A stretch of DNA of 36,043 nucleotides. Source: a virus. Taxonomy: Duplodnaviria; Caudoviricetes. Every line of letters begins with the position of its first letter. Within the stretch, counting starts at the first letter, position 1. Shown in pieces: positions 1 through 8,341 of the stretch. The position numbers and the translations under genes are program-made. The notes below the pieces were generated by a model. It was not told where the DNA came from, searched no databases, and worked only from the letters and a program-made list of their open reading frames with translations. Location of the stretch: positions 1 to 36,043 of IMG/VR virus record IMGVR_UViG_3300031949_000112; one strand, given 5' to 3'.

Positions 1-931
1 CCTTCGCCTCCTCGGTACCGGATTTGTCCCAATAGCGGATCGCCCGTACACCCTCACCTCTGGGGGCCGCCTTGACGATCTCGAACCATGCCCGGTTGAA
101 GACGCGGCCCGCGCCCGGCCTCACATTCCAATTGCCGCCCAGCAGCCGCTCCCGTTGCGTCAGCGGGAGCGCCTTCAACTTCGCCAGATAACCGGGGTCC
201 TTCTCCATCAACTCCACGTTCTCGTAGATCGAGCCGGGAACGAAGGTGACCGACATCGGGTTGTCGTCGGGGTGCGCCTCGAGTAGTTCCTCCTCGGAGT
301 CGGCCCACACCAACTCATCGTCGATCCGCACGAACCAGCGCACCACGCCGGCCCGCTCCGCTATGGGAAATCCGGTGGCCGGGTCGATCCACCACGCTAT
401 GAATCGTCGCAGCCACCCGCCCGTCAGGTCCTCGCCGGGCACCGGGTTGCACGTGGCCCGGACATAGGGCCGCACGCCGCAGGTCGAGCGATTACGGGAC
501 AGCATGTAGAAGAATTGAAATTCGGTGAACTGCTCCAGCTGGTCGAAGCCGAGACAGCAGATTTGCGCCCCCTGCCAGTCAAATACGGTGTTCTCATACT
601 GCAGATGGGCGAACTTGACGGTGGCTCCGGCCGGGGCGAACACCCAATCGAGATGGCTGAGCCGGGGCCACGCTCCCAGCAGCGGATACAGCTTCATGCT
701 TTCGGTCCACAGCCCACCGGGGTTCCTCACCTCGGGACTGGTACGCCGGAAGATGGCCGCTTCGAAGCCTTTGACGTCGCGATGCCGCGTCGGCTCTATC
801 AGCAATTGCCACGTCTTGCCGGCACCGGCCGCCCCGCCGGAGATCACGATGTCGGCGGGAGAGGCGAGCGCCAACTCCTGCATGCCCGACTGCGGGCGAA
901 TCTCGATGATCTTCTCAGCGACTGCGGTCAT
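1..931 (-). CDS. terL: Terminase large subunit, N-terminal ATPase part (runs off the left edge)
   Basis: Not in the ORF track because it is open-ended. My translation from ATG 931 (GAGGT upstream): MTAVAEKIIEIRPQSGMQELAL...GGAAGAGKT (Walker A)...FRRT...WQGAQICCLGFDQLEQF (Walker B region)...YMLSRNRS...RATCNP...RLLGGNW...FNRAWF...RYWD. Directly downstream of terS. Confidence 0.93.
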   Translation of the reverse strand, partial: MTAVAEKIIEIRPQSGMQELALASPADIVISGGAAGAGKTWQLLIEPTRHRDVKGFEAAIFRRTSPEVRNPGGLWTESMKLYPLLGAWPRLSHLDWVFAPAGATVKFAHLQYENTVFDWQGAQICCLGFDQLEQFTEFQFFYMLSRNRSTCGVRPYVRATCNPVPGEDLTGGWLRRFIAWWIDPATGFPIAERAGVVRWFVRIDDELVWADSEEELLEAHPDDNPMSVTFVPGSIYENVELMEKDPGYLAKLKALPLTQRERLLGGNWNVRPGAGRVFNRAWFEIVKAAPRGEGVRAIRYWDKSGTEEAK

Positions 932-1610
932 ACACCTCGACCGGATTCTTGGCCCCGCCGGCTGTCAACAGCTTACGGTCGCGCTGATTGTCGGGGATGT
1001 AGAAGGTGACGCGAGCGCCCTGGTCGGGGATCGGCAGGTCTCCGTTCCCGCCGCCGAAGCCCTCGGCCGTGAACATGCCTATCGAATGGCCCAGCAGCTT
1101 GAGCGCCTGATTCGCCACGTGGCCGTTGTAGGCGAAGACGCCCACCTTTCGGCCGGCCGAGTCGTACACCGGAATGAGCTGGAGTGCCCGCTCGACGTTG
1201 AGCTTAAGCCGTTGAATGATGTACTTCCGGGTGACGTTCCAGTCCTCGGCGGCCGTTTCCCGCAAATACCGAATCCGCTGTTGCACCACCGGTGCTCTGA
1301 GCGTCTTCTCGGTTCGAAGGTCGGGATGGGAACCGGGCGGGTGACCGTAGGCTTCGCGGTAAGCCTTGCGGCCGTCATAGCCGGGACTGATGTACAGCTG
1401 GCAGAAAGTTTCCTGACGTGGGTTGGGTAGTGGCTGGTCAGGAGTCCAGTCCGGCCGCATCAACTCGGCTCGAAACTGAATTCGCTTTCCCGCCTTCGGT
1501 GTCTTTCGTGGCGATGAACCGTCCATCTCGTCCAAGGCCGCATTCACAGCCCGCCGAGTCGAGAGTTTCGTCACCTGCCCCTTGGCATTGAGACCTAGAC
1601 GCTTGGGCAC
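915..1610 (-). CDS. terS: Terminase small subunit
   Basis: RQETFCQLY...GRKAYREAY...VQQRIRYL...ANQALKLLGHSIGMF matches the Terminase_2 pattern; overlaps the terL start. Confidence 0.85.
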   Translation of the reverse strand: MPKRLGLNAKGQVTKLSTRRAVNAALDEMDGSSPRKTPKAGKRIQFRAELMRPDWTPDQPLPNPRQETFCQLYISPGYDGRKAYREAYGHPPGSHPDLRTEKTLRAPVVQQRIRYLRETAAEDWNVTRKYIIQRLKLNVERALQLIPVYDSAGRKVGVFAYNGHVANQALKLLGHSIGMFTAEGFGGGNGDLPIPDQGARVTFYIPDNQRDRKLLTAGGAKNPVEVYDRSR

Positions 1611-1616
1611 CCACAG

Positions 1617-1645
1617 AAGATAGCACCCCTTCCGAACCCTGTCAA
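1617..1645 (-). promoter_or_regulatory. Sigma70-type promoter for terS/terL, probably giving a leaderless mRNA
   Basis: Minus strand reads TTGACA-GGGTTCGGAAGGGGTGC(17)-TATCTT with a TGn extension; the terS GTG (1610) begins 7 nt after the -10 box and has no RBS. Confidence 0.75.
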
Positions 1646-1699
1646 CAGGTCTTGTCGGTACCCTCTTTGAATTTAAATTCAGCCGTACGAATCGCGGTC

Positions 1700-1735
1700 G
1701 GGGAGGGTTCCCCCTTTAGGGGGGAATCCCTTCCC
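1700..1735. repeat. Imperfect inverted repeat / hairpin in the divergent intergenic region
   Basis: GGGGAGGGTTCCCCCT-TT-AGGGGGGAATCCCTTCCC. Confidence 0.6.
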
Positions 1736-1843
1736 GTACCGTGCTTTTCGTCCCCCCGAGAATCGAGCCTGATGAAACATATGAAAGATCATGAAAGAAA
1801 CACATTCGTCCTGAACCGCTCGAAGAACCTTCTCCGGACCTCT

Positions 1844-1961
1844 CATGCAACACTGCAATGCCCATGAAACGATCCTGTCAAGGACGGTCCTTGCCCGGCG
1901 GGAGATGCTAAGCCTTTAGCATACCTCGAGCCGTCCATGCAACGCCGCAACGCCCATGAAA
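1844..1961. repeat. 26-bp imperfect direct repeat (1844-1869, 1936-1961)
   Basis: CATGCAACACTGCAATGCCCATGAAA vs CATGCAACGCCGCAACGCCCATGAAA, 23/26 identical. Confidence 0.8.
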
Positions 1962-2223
1962 GCCGGTACTCTCTGAGTGAATCCCTGAACCTTCTCCCGG
2001 CCTGAACGGTAAATACGGTTCAGGGTCTTGCACTCGGCCCGGTTCAACGCCACAGAGACGCTCTCCTGGTGAACCGGAGGGTTTTGCACCCCTCCCCAAG
2101 GACCTGCCTTGCCACCCCTCTCCGGCCCGGCAGGGGAGATACTTGCACGGGGCCGTCCGGGGTGCTTTTTTTCTTTTTGTGGGGCCAGACCGGCCCTCAT
2201 CCGAGTCCCTGGAGGTTTGACCA

Positions 2224-2517
2224 ATGAACTTCTGGCTGCTGGTGGGGCTCTTCGTCGGGAGCACGGGCGCCGACGTTCTAACTACTCGTGCCGCCCTGTC
2301 GCGCTGTCCGACTTGTGTCGAGTTGAATCCACCGGCTCGACCGTTCGTACGCAACGACGCCGCGCTGATTTTGTATGTGGCGGTCCCCACGGCCGCCGTA
2401 ATTGGGGTATCGGCTGGAGCGCGAAGAGATCGGACAATCGGCTGGTGGGTTCCGATGGCCGTCTTGACTGTGGGGCACATCGTACTATCTGTCCATAACG
2501 CCCGAGTGGGCCGATGA
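2224..2517 (+). CDS. Small membrane protein (DUF5658-like, DxxTT...ExNP motif)
   Basis: GGAGG RBS; hydrophobic segments; ADVLTT...VELNP. Confidence 0.6.
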   Translation: MNFWLLVGLFVGSTGADVLTTRAALSRCPTCVELNPPARPFVRNDAALILYVAVPTAAVIGVSAGARRDRTIGWWVPMAVLTVGHIVLSVHNARVGR

Positions 2518-2675
2518 CCCGTCCTCAGCTGTACGCTCTGATCCGCGACGGCCGGCTCTCCTGCCTGCCCCTGGTCGAGACCCTACGACTCATTCGCGAC
2601 TTCGAGGCTCAGGGGCTCGGCTACCGACAGATTCTCACCGAACTGCTGCGCCTCGTGCCGGCCTATCGCGTATGA
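2514..2675 (+). CDS. Hypothetical protein, 53 aa
   Basis: ATGA overlap with the previous stop; MTRPQLYALIRDGRLSCLPLVETLRLIRDFEAQGLGYRQILTELLRLVPAYRV; below the ORF track cutoff. Confidence 0.55.
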   Translation: MTRPQLYALIRDGRLSCLPLVETLRLIRDFEAQGLGYRQILTELLRLVPAYRV

Positions 2676-2713
2676 TTCTCTTCGGCTCTCAACTGACACT
2701 TTTCGGAGGTGAC

Positions 2714-2941
2714 ATGACTGACCACGATCCCAATCTGGAGACGGACCCCAACATCGAGCGCCGTGTGCGGGGCATTCTCAGTGAGTTCTTTCACCGGCAG
2801 GAGCTGCACGAGTGGGAGCCGTTCGAGGTGCAGAGGGCCAACCGCTACGGCTTCCACGTAGTGGTGGCCCGGCATCGGAATATTCCCATCCGGCTCGCCT
2901 GGTGGCTGGTCCACCTGGAGCGCAAGGAGGTGAGAGCATGA
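2714..2941 (+). CDS. Hypothetical protein
   Basis: GGAGGT before ATG 2714 (alternative start 2672); stop overlaps the next start. Confidence 0.55.
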   Translation: MTDHDPNLETDPNIERRVRGILSEFFHRQELHEWEPFEVQRANRYGFHVVVARHRNIPIRLAWWLVHLERKEVRA

Positions 2942-3186
2942 GACGAGAACAGACCGCCCCGGAACTGAAGCAGTTTCAGGATCGGGAGACGCTGCACGAG
3001 CATCTGGCGAACGCGTTGCAACTGCTCAGCGCCGCCCGCGCTCATGGCGATATGCTCGACGAGGGGCTGGCGTCAGCTCTCAGGAACCGAATTGAGCTGG
3101 CATACGACGAGACTTTGGCTTTGCGCAAGATCGCGGCCGAGTCCAACGCCGTGATGACTCAGGCCCACGCGAGGCTACGCCTATGA
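2938..3186 (+). CDS. Hypothetical helical protein
   Basis: AAGGAGG RBS, ATGA coupling on both sides; MRREQTAPELKQF... Confidence 0.6.
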   Translation: MRREQTAPELKQFQDRETLHEHLANALQLLSAARAHGDMLDEGLASALRNRIELAYDETLALRKIAAESNAVMTQAHARLRL

Positions 3187-3407
3187 CCAAGACGCCGAAT
3201 GAATTGACCGCCGTCGTGCTGTTCCGTCTTTCCGGGGCCGAGGCTGAATTGGCCGTCGCCCTGGAACACGCCGAAGAATTGCGGCTGTCCACCGTCGAGC
3301 AACGAAAGGCCGGCAGTCTCCAAACCGAGATGCTGTGCTCGATGCTGCGACACCACATCAAGAGCCTGGAGCAGACCGCGAGCCGGGCGCGGGAGTTGTT
3401 GGTATGA
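3183..3407 (+). CDS. Hypothetical helical protein
   Basis: ATGA-coupled, 74 aa, amphipathic helices. Confidence 0.55.
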   Translation: MTKTPNELTAVVLFRLSGAEAELAVALEHAEELRLSTVEQRKAGSLQTEMLCSMLRHHIKSLEQTASRARELLV

Positions 3408-4375
3408 AAACGCCCCGGCACCGTGACTATTTCATGAGCCGGGCACAGGCGCTCCATCACCGGACCTGTATGCGGGCGCGGAACCGCCGCGCCGTGCTGC
3501 ATCGGTCCGGTCCCGGCTACGTTATCGTCTGGCGCGAGAGGGGCATCGCCGCGCCGCCACGTGATCCTAACTCACCCAAGAGGAGGAGCCGTTCCATGCG
3601 ATCACAGGTAACCACCGATTGGTCCGTCGCCCGAGCCATCGAGGGGCTGACGGTCGTCGCCACCCACGGCAAGAGCAAAAAGCCAAAGCTGCTGAAACCC
3701 GGCCTCCTGACCTGCTTCGCCAGTGACACCATCGCTCAGGCACTCAAGCTGACTGTCTTTCAGATCACGGCGCGGCTCAAGGGCATGGAAGGCCGGGAAC
3801 TGGTCGTGCGGGAAGACGGCCTGTGGGGTCTCACCGAGAAGGGCCGCAACCTGGCCGCGTTGATTGGGGAGCCACAGCCCATCGCTAAACCGAAGGTGGC
3901 TCGTCCGGACGGCTGGAAGCCTGAGCCGCCCACGGCGCCCGACGATTCCAAGGTGAAGCAAATCAAAGGCGCCTCGAAGGAGGACGGCTGGACCTGGCGC
4001 ACTCAGCACGACCCGGCCGCCCGCCGGTTCTTCACCGTACACATGGGACCGGACGGCACCGAGTACGTCGAAGCCCACGTGATGGAGCGGGCTGATCTGA
4101 TCGTCAAGCACGACGTTCCCGGCTTGCCGGCGTCCCGGCTCCGCATCTTCGCCGCGTCGTCCAAAAAGCGGGCGATAGCGAGGGTAGAGCGCAAGGAGCG
4201 CGTCGAGAAGAAACGGGCCAAGGTCCGGACCAAGCAGCGCCGTCAGGTCAAGAAGACCCACCGCCGCCGTCTCGCCGCGCTGAAAGAGGAGCGGCGGCCG
4301 GACATCGCACCCCGCACGAAAAAGTCTTCCCATGTCCGCCCCGGCCGCCACGTCCCCCGTGGCAAGGGCCGCTAG
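3404..4375 (+). CDS. Basic protein with a putative winged-helix segment (start 3404 or 3596)
   Basis: SDTIAQALKLTVFQITARLKGMEGRELVVREDGLWGLTEKG resembles a wHTH; very Lys/Arg-rich C-terminus; strong AGGAGG before ATG 3596. Confidence 0.55.
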   Translation: MKTPRHRDYFMSRAQALHHRTCMRARNRRAVLHRSGPGYVIVWRERGIAAPPRDPNSPKRRSRSMRSQVTTDWSVARAIEGLTVVATHGKSKKPKLLKPGLLTCFASDTIAQALKLTVFQITARLKGMEGRELVVREDGLWGLTEKGRNLAALIGEPQPIAKPKVARPDGWKPEPPTAPDDSKVKQIKGASKEDGWTWRTQHDPAARRFFTVHMGPDGTEYVEAHVMERADLIVKHDVPGLPASRLRIFAASSKKRAIARVERKERVEKKRAKVRTKQRRQVKKTHRRRLAALKEERRPDIAPRTKKSSHVRPGRHVPRGKGR

Positions 4376-4408
4376 TGCGACACCGGCCGGCCCCGTCAAA
4401 GAGACCAC

Positions 4409-4437
4409 TTGACGGGGTTCGGCCGTGGCGCTACCTT
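4409..4437 (+). promoter_or_regulatory. Sigma70-type promoter with an inverted repeat over the -35 box
   Basis: TTGACG-GGGTTCGGCCGTGGCGC(17)-TACCTT; CCCCGTCAA (4391-4399) pairs with TTGACGGGG (4409-4417). Confidence 0.65.
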
Positions 4438-4470
4438 TTTATCCCCCACGCCGAAGCAGGAGGCGAGCAA

Positions 4471-4671
4471 ATGAACGATATAGAAGATGCGGGCTTACGC
4501 CACGGTTCACTCGGTCCAGACGCTGATGAGCTTGATCCAACTGTCGGGGAGCGCCCCGCCACGGGGGAGACGATCAACCCAACACTCGAACTTGCACAAG
4601 ACGCCCGGCTCAACAAGGCCGAGTCGGTCAAGCCATACCTACATCACCAAGGCGGGAGGCCCACCCCATGA
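4471..4671 (+). CDS. Hypothetical acidic protein, 66 aa
   Basis: AGGAGG RBS, directly after the promoter. Confidence 0.55.
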   Translation: MNDIEDAGLRHGSLGPDADELDPTVGERPATGETINPTLELAQDARLNKAESVKPYLHHQGGRPTP

Positions 4672-4934
4672 GCGGTGAGCCCGTGGGCGAGAAAGGAGCG
4701 AGAGTATGAGAGCGTGGCAGGAGATTGACCGATTAAGACGTATCCCAGGAGAAGAACCCATCTTCATCCTGCGGGCGCAAGACAAACTCGCCGCCGATGT
4801 GGTGCGGTATTGGGCCGACCGCGCCGAGGCGGAAGATGTCACGTCGCGCAAGGTGCGTGAGGCGCGCGACTGGGCAACGGAGATGGAGCGATGGCCAAAG
4901 CACAAACTACCCGATTGAGCGGTGAGCCCGTGGG
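4669..4934 (+). repeat. 19-bp perfect direct repeat TGAGCGGTGAGCCCGTGGG (4669-4687, 4916-4934)
   Basis: Read directly; each copy begins with the TGA stop of the preceding gene. Confidence 0.9.
4706..4918 (+). CDS. Phage hypothetical protein (EPIFILRAQD motif)
   Basis: AAGGAG RBS; EPIFILRAQDKLAADVVRYWA resembles a recurring phage family of unknown function. Confidence 0.7.
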   Translation: MRAWQEIDRLRRIPGEEPIFILRAQDKLAADVVRYWADRAEAEDVTSRKVREARDWATEMERWPKHKLPD

Positions 4935-4955
4935 GCCAAGAACGGCGGAGGGAGA

Positions 4956-5357
4956 ATGACTGAACGGGTAGAGTTTACGCTGACGATGCCGAACGTCGGC
5001 TCGTGGAATGGCCGCTGGTCTGGCGAGGGGAAGCACTACACCATCGTGCGGCGGCTCACCAATGCCGACGTGAACCGGCTGGGGCTTCCCCAGTCGTGGT
5101 ATCACAACTTCGGGGATGGCTGGGGCGCATCTGTTTCGGCGCGAGTGCTGGGGAAGGGCGAGCGGCCGAAGCGGAGCGCCGGGTTCTGTGGATACGACTG
5201 GATGGTGGATCGTATCCTTCGATGGGGCGACACGCACTGTCGGTGCGAGTGGAAGCTGCTACCCGATGGCTCGACCTACGGCCCCGGTGAGTGGGAGCGA
5301 TGTCTCTGGTGTAAGACGACGCGGCGTGTGAAGGAGGTTGTTAATGCCGACGCCTAA
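4956..5357 (+). CDS. Phage hypothetical protein, Trp/Gly-rich, possible C-terminal Zn ribbon
   Basis: GGAG RBS; MPNVGSWNGRWSG...GFCGYDWM...CRC...CLWC. Confidence 0.65.
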   Translation: MTERVEFTLTMPNVGSWNGRWSGEGKHYTIVRRLTNADVNRLGLPQSWYHNFGDGWGASVSARVLGKGERPKRSAGFCGYDWMVDRILRWGDTHCRCEWKLLPDGSTYGPGEWERCLWCKTTRRVKEVVNADA

Positions 5358-5643
5358 CGACGCTCCCGCGCCGCCGCCGGGGGAGGTGGCTTGTTGCGCC
5401 CACTTGCGCGTGAGCTATCGAACTGAGCCGTGTAATGGTCGAAACGTCCGGGGTGAAGTCGTACCCGGCCTTGGCGTGCGCGGGTGGTGGGAATGCGACT
5501 CCGGTTGTGGTAGGCGCTTTGGTCCTGAGGGCCTGCCGGCGTTCTCGATGCCGCCCTCGCCGCTCCCTGCCTCGGGCCGCCCGCCGCGCTCAACCTCAAA
5601 GAGGAGAAACTGTGAAACAGCCGCGCAAGAATCGTCTCCGTGA
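5344..5643 (+). CDS. Cys-rich hypothetical protein
   Basis: AAGGAGG RBS; CCAH...WECDSGCG. Confidence 0.45.
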   Translation: MPTPNDAPAPPPGEVACCAHLRVSYRTEPCNGRNVRGEVVPGLGVRGWWECDSGCGRRFGPEGLPAFSMPPSPLPASGRPPRSTSKRRNCETAAQESSP

Positions 5644-5848
5644 ATTGCGAGGTCAAGGCGTCCTACTTTCAATAGAGGACGTGGCTAAGTTGCTTGATCT
5701 CGACGTCAGCACCGTGTCTCGCGATGAAACCGGACAACGGCCGCTCTCGCCGGAGCGGATTGGGCAGTACGCCAAGCTCTACCGAGTCGCCAGTCACCGC
5801 CTGTTTTTCAACACCGAGCCCGAGTCGGTAAAGTCTACGGATAGTTAA
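5612..5848 (+). CDS. XRE/Cro-family HTH regulator
   Basis: GAGGAG RBS plus GTG 5612; NRLRELR...LSIEDVAKLLDLDVSTVSRDETGQR. Confidence 0.85.
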   Translation: MKQPRKNRLRELRGQGVLLSIEDVAKLLDLDVSTVSRDETGQRPLSPERIGQYAKLYRVASHRLFFNTEPESVKSTDS

Positions 5849-5851
5849 TCC

Positions 5852-7606
5852 GTGGCAGCCACTTTCAAGGGCGCGGCGCTCCGCTTTCGGGAGCGCGGCT
5901 GGTCGGTCATCCCCATCGAACCGGGCGGAAAGAAACCGCTCATTCCATGGGCGGCTTATCAGACCCAGCGAGCGACAGCCCGGCAGATAAAGCGCTGGTG
6001 GACGCAATGGCCCAATGCCAACGTCGGCATCGTGTGCGGTGAAGTTTCCGGCTTAGCCGTGGCCGACTTCGACGCCCGCCACAAATCCGACGTCAACGCG
6101 TTCCTTAAAGACAATCCCACGGCCAGAGTCGTGCGCACCGGCTCCGGAGGCTGGCACCTCTACTACCAGCATCCCGGCCGCCGAGTTCCCAACCAGGTCA
6201 GCAGAGAAGGCGGATACGACGTCCGGGGTGACGGCGGCTTCGTCGTGGCTCCACCATCCCGGCACGCCAACGGCCGCCGTTATGAGTGGACTGAACAGGG
6301 GAAAATTGGACCGTACCCGGCCGATCTAACTCAGCTCTCGGTGAACGGTAAGCAGCGTGACGGCCACGCCGAACGCTGGCTCGAGAAGACCTTAGGCGGC
6401 GTCAGCCACGGCCTGAGAAATGACGCCTGCGCTCGTCTGGCCGGTTACTATCTCAGCAAGCAGATGCCGCTGGAGGTGATCCGGGAACAGCTTTTGCTCT
6501 GGAATGAACGCAATGATCCGCCGCTCGAGCAAACGGAAGTGGAACGAACGCTCCGATCTGTGACGCAGACGCAGGAACGACGCGGTACCGGCGAGGACGA
6601 AGGCTATACGCTGATCGGCTGGAATCAGTATCTCGCAAAGTACGGCGCCGTGAATGTGGAGTGGTTGGTGCGTGACTGGCTGCCGGATGCCTCCGTCGCC
6701 ATGACGGTGGCTCCGCCCGGCAGCTTCAAAACATGGCTGCTGCAGGACCTCGCCGTGTCGGTGGCGTCGGGTCAGCCGTTCCTAGGTCAGTTCACCGTCG
6801 AGCGCCCCGGTCCCGTTCTCTTCATGCAGCAGGAGGACTCGCATCCGCAGATCGCCAAGCGGTTTGCGCTGATCACCTACGACCGGTTCCGGCTCAAGGC
6901 ACCCTACTGGCGGCACGAGGCGTTGCACATTCAGATTCCGCCGGAGCTGCCCATCTACTTCCACGAATACCGGCGTTTCCGATTCGACGACCAGGCCCTC
7001 ATCGATTCTTGGGTGGAGGTGGTGGAGAAGCTACGGCCCCGGCTGGTGGTCCTGGACCCGCTGTACTCGGCCGGCTCGGTGGACGATTTCATGGCCGGCA
7101 CGGCGCGGCAGATGTTCCTATTCAAGAGCCTGAGAGACCGGCTGGGTACCACCTTCCAGATAGCGCATCACACCGGCAAGCGGGAGGACAAGAGTAAGGC
7201 GATGGACCGGGAGCGCCTGTGGGGCTCTCAGTTTCTCAATGCATGGATCGAGGCCGGGTGGCAGGTGCGGCGACGGGACGAGCAAAATACCGCCGAGGTC
7301 TTCCGACACTTCAAGTCAGCCCAGGAGGCGGCCCCCAGCGTGATCAAGTTCGACATAGACACCGAGGTACGGCCGGCCCGATATGCCGTCACCGTACGGG
7401 ACCTGTCACCCGCCGACGAGAAGGAGCCGCATCTCCTGGCTACGCTGGCCGACCACGGACCCATGACCCGCGCCGACTTGGCCCGTCAGATCAACCGGTC
7501 TCCGGCGACCATCAGTCGCCGCATCTCCAATTTGATTCGAGCTGGAGAAGTGGCAGAGTCCTCAGATGGGGTTCTAAGCTTGTCAGGAACAGCAGAGGCA
7601 GCGTGA
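5852..7606 (+). CDS. Bifunctional primase-polymerase + PriCT-1 + RepA/AAA_25-type helicase + C-terminal wHTH
   Basis: NVGIVCG...ADFD...RTGSGGWHLYY...DVRGDGGFVVAPPSRH (prim-pol); GLRND...WNERNDPPL (PriCT); APPGSFKTW (Walker A), VVLDP, IAHHTGK; C-terminal HTH. Confidence 0.93.
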   Translation: MAATFKGAALRFRERGWSVIPIEPGGKKPLIPWAAYQTQRATARQIKRWWTQWPNANVGIVCGEVSGLAVADFDARHKSDVNAFLKDNPTARVVRTGSGGWHLYYQHPGRRVPNQVSREGGYDVRGDGGFVVAPPSRHANGRRYEWTEQGKIGPYPADLTQLSVNGKQRDGHAERWLEKTLGGVSHGLRNDACARLAGYYLSKQMPLEVIREQLLLWNERNDPPLEQTEVERTLRSVTQTQERRGTGEDEGYTLIGWNQYLAKYGAVNVEWLVRDWLPDASVAMTVAPPGSFKTWLLQDLAVSVASGQPFLGQFTVERPGPVLFMQQEDSHPQIAKRFALITYDRFRLKAPYWRHEALHIQIPPELPIYFHEYRRFRFDDQALIDSWVEVVEKLRPRLVVLDPLYSAGSVDDFMAGTARQMFLFKSLRDRLGTTFQIAHHTGKREDKSKAMDRERLWGSQFLNAWIEAGWQVRRRDEQNTAEVFRHFKSAQEAAPSVIKFDIDTEVRPARYAVTVRDLSPADEKEPHLLATLADHGPMTRADLARQINRSPATISRRISNLIRAGEVAESSDGVLSLSGTAEAA

Positions 7607-7986
7607 AATCGCAGAAAAAACTATTAGCTGCCGAGCGGCGTAAACGAGCCGCCGCATACTCGTTGGCCTATTATTACCGGCTGACTCCGCAGCAAAGAGC
7701 CGCTCGGCGGCGTTCTAGCCGTCTAAACCGCCTAACACGCAGCAGGCAATTGATTCGCAAGGCCAAAGATAAACCATGCACCGACTGCGGCAGGCGCTAC
7801 CCTTATTACGTGATGGAATTCGACCACGTCCGGGGGCGCAAACTTGTCGAAATAAGTGCCGTCGCGAAGTCGAATTGCTCCCGTGTTAGACTGCTCAAGG
7901 AGCTGAGCAAGTGCGAGCTGGTGTGCGCCAACTGCCATGCAGTACGAACTCATCGGAGGCGCCTGGTCAAAGGTAGGATCGCGTGA
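7603..7986 (+). CDS. HNH-type endonuclease
   Basis: GTGA overlap with the primase stop; CTDC...MEFDHV...KCELVCANCHAVRT. Confidence 0.8.
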   Translation: MKSQKKLLAAERRKRAAAYSLAYYYRLTPQQRAARRRSSRLNRLTRSRQLIRKAKDKPCTDCGRRYPYYVMEFDHVRGRKLVEISAVAKSNCSRVRLLKELSKCELVCANCHAVRTHRRRLVKGRIA

Positions 7987-7991
7987 AGTAC

Positions 7992-8020
7992 TTGACAAGG
8001 TCGGTTCGATGTGCTAAATT
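7992..8020 (+). promoter_or_regulatory. Strong sigma70-type promoter
   Basis: TTGACA-AGGTCGGTTCGATGTGC(17)-TAAATT with TGn extended -10. Confidence 0.8.
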
Positions 8021-8064
8021 TGGGGTAGGTTCGAAAACGGCACTCACCCCCGATGGAGGTAGTT

Positions 8065-8319
8065 ATGGCCCGTCGAAGCGCGAAGACCCCGAAGACCCCC
8101 GCCGCGAAGGCCGCGCCTGCCGGCGTCGGCGTCTGTCACTGCGGCTGCAAGGGCGCCCTGAAGAACAAGCGGAGCCGGTTCCTGCAGGGTCACGACTCGA
8201 AGCTGAAGTCGATCATGCTGAAGGTCCGGGCGGGCAAGCTGCCCAAGACCGCGATTCCGGCCATCGCGCTCCCGCTGCTGCGCAGCGTCGGCGTGGCGGG
8301 AATGCGCCTGAAGAAGTAA
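8065..8319 (+). CDS. Small basic protein with a CxCGC...RFxxGHD metal-binding motif, probable DNA-binding protein
   Basis: GGAGGT RBS; Lys/Ala/Pro-rich N-terminus; CHCGCKG...RFLQGHD. Confidence 0.75.
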   Translation: MARRSAKTPKTPAAKAAPAGVGVCHCGCKGALKNKRSRFLQGHDSKLKSIMLKVRAGKLPKTAIPAIALPLLRSVGVAGMRLKK

Positions 8320-8341
8320 CCTCGCAGTTCGGCGGGCATCA

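Noticed and set aside
525-1430. 301-aa + strand ORF
   Set aside because: Antisense shadow of terL/terS, which carry clear motifs on the - strand.
2143-2177. TTGCAC-N17-TTTTTT as an early promoter or T-tract terminator
   Set aside because: The -10 lacks the conserved A and the upstream stem is weak; not enough to call either.
5612-5848. Lysogeny module / prophage
   Set aside because: Only one Cro-like HTH; no integrase, divergent repressor, att site, partition genes or host genes in the window.
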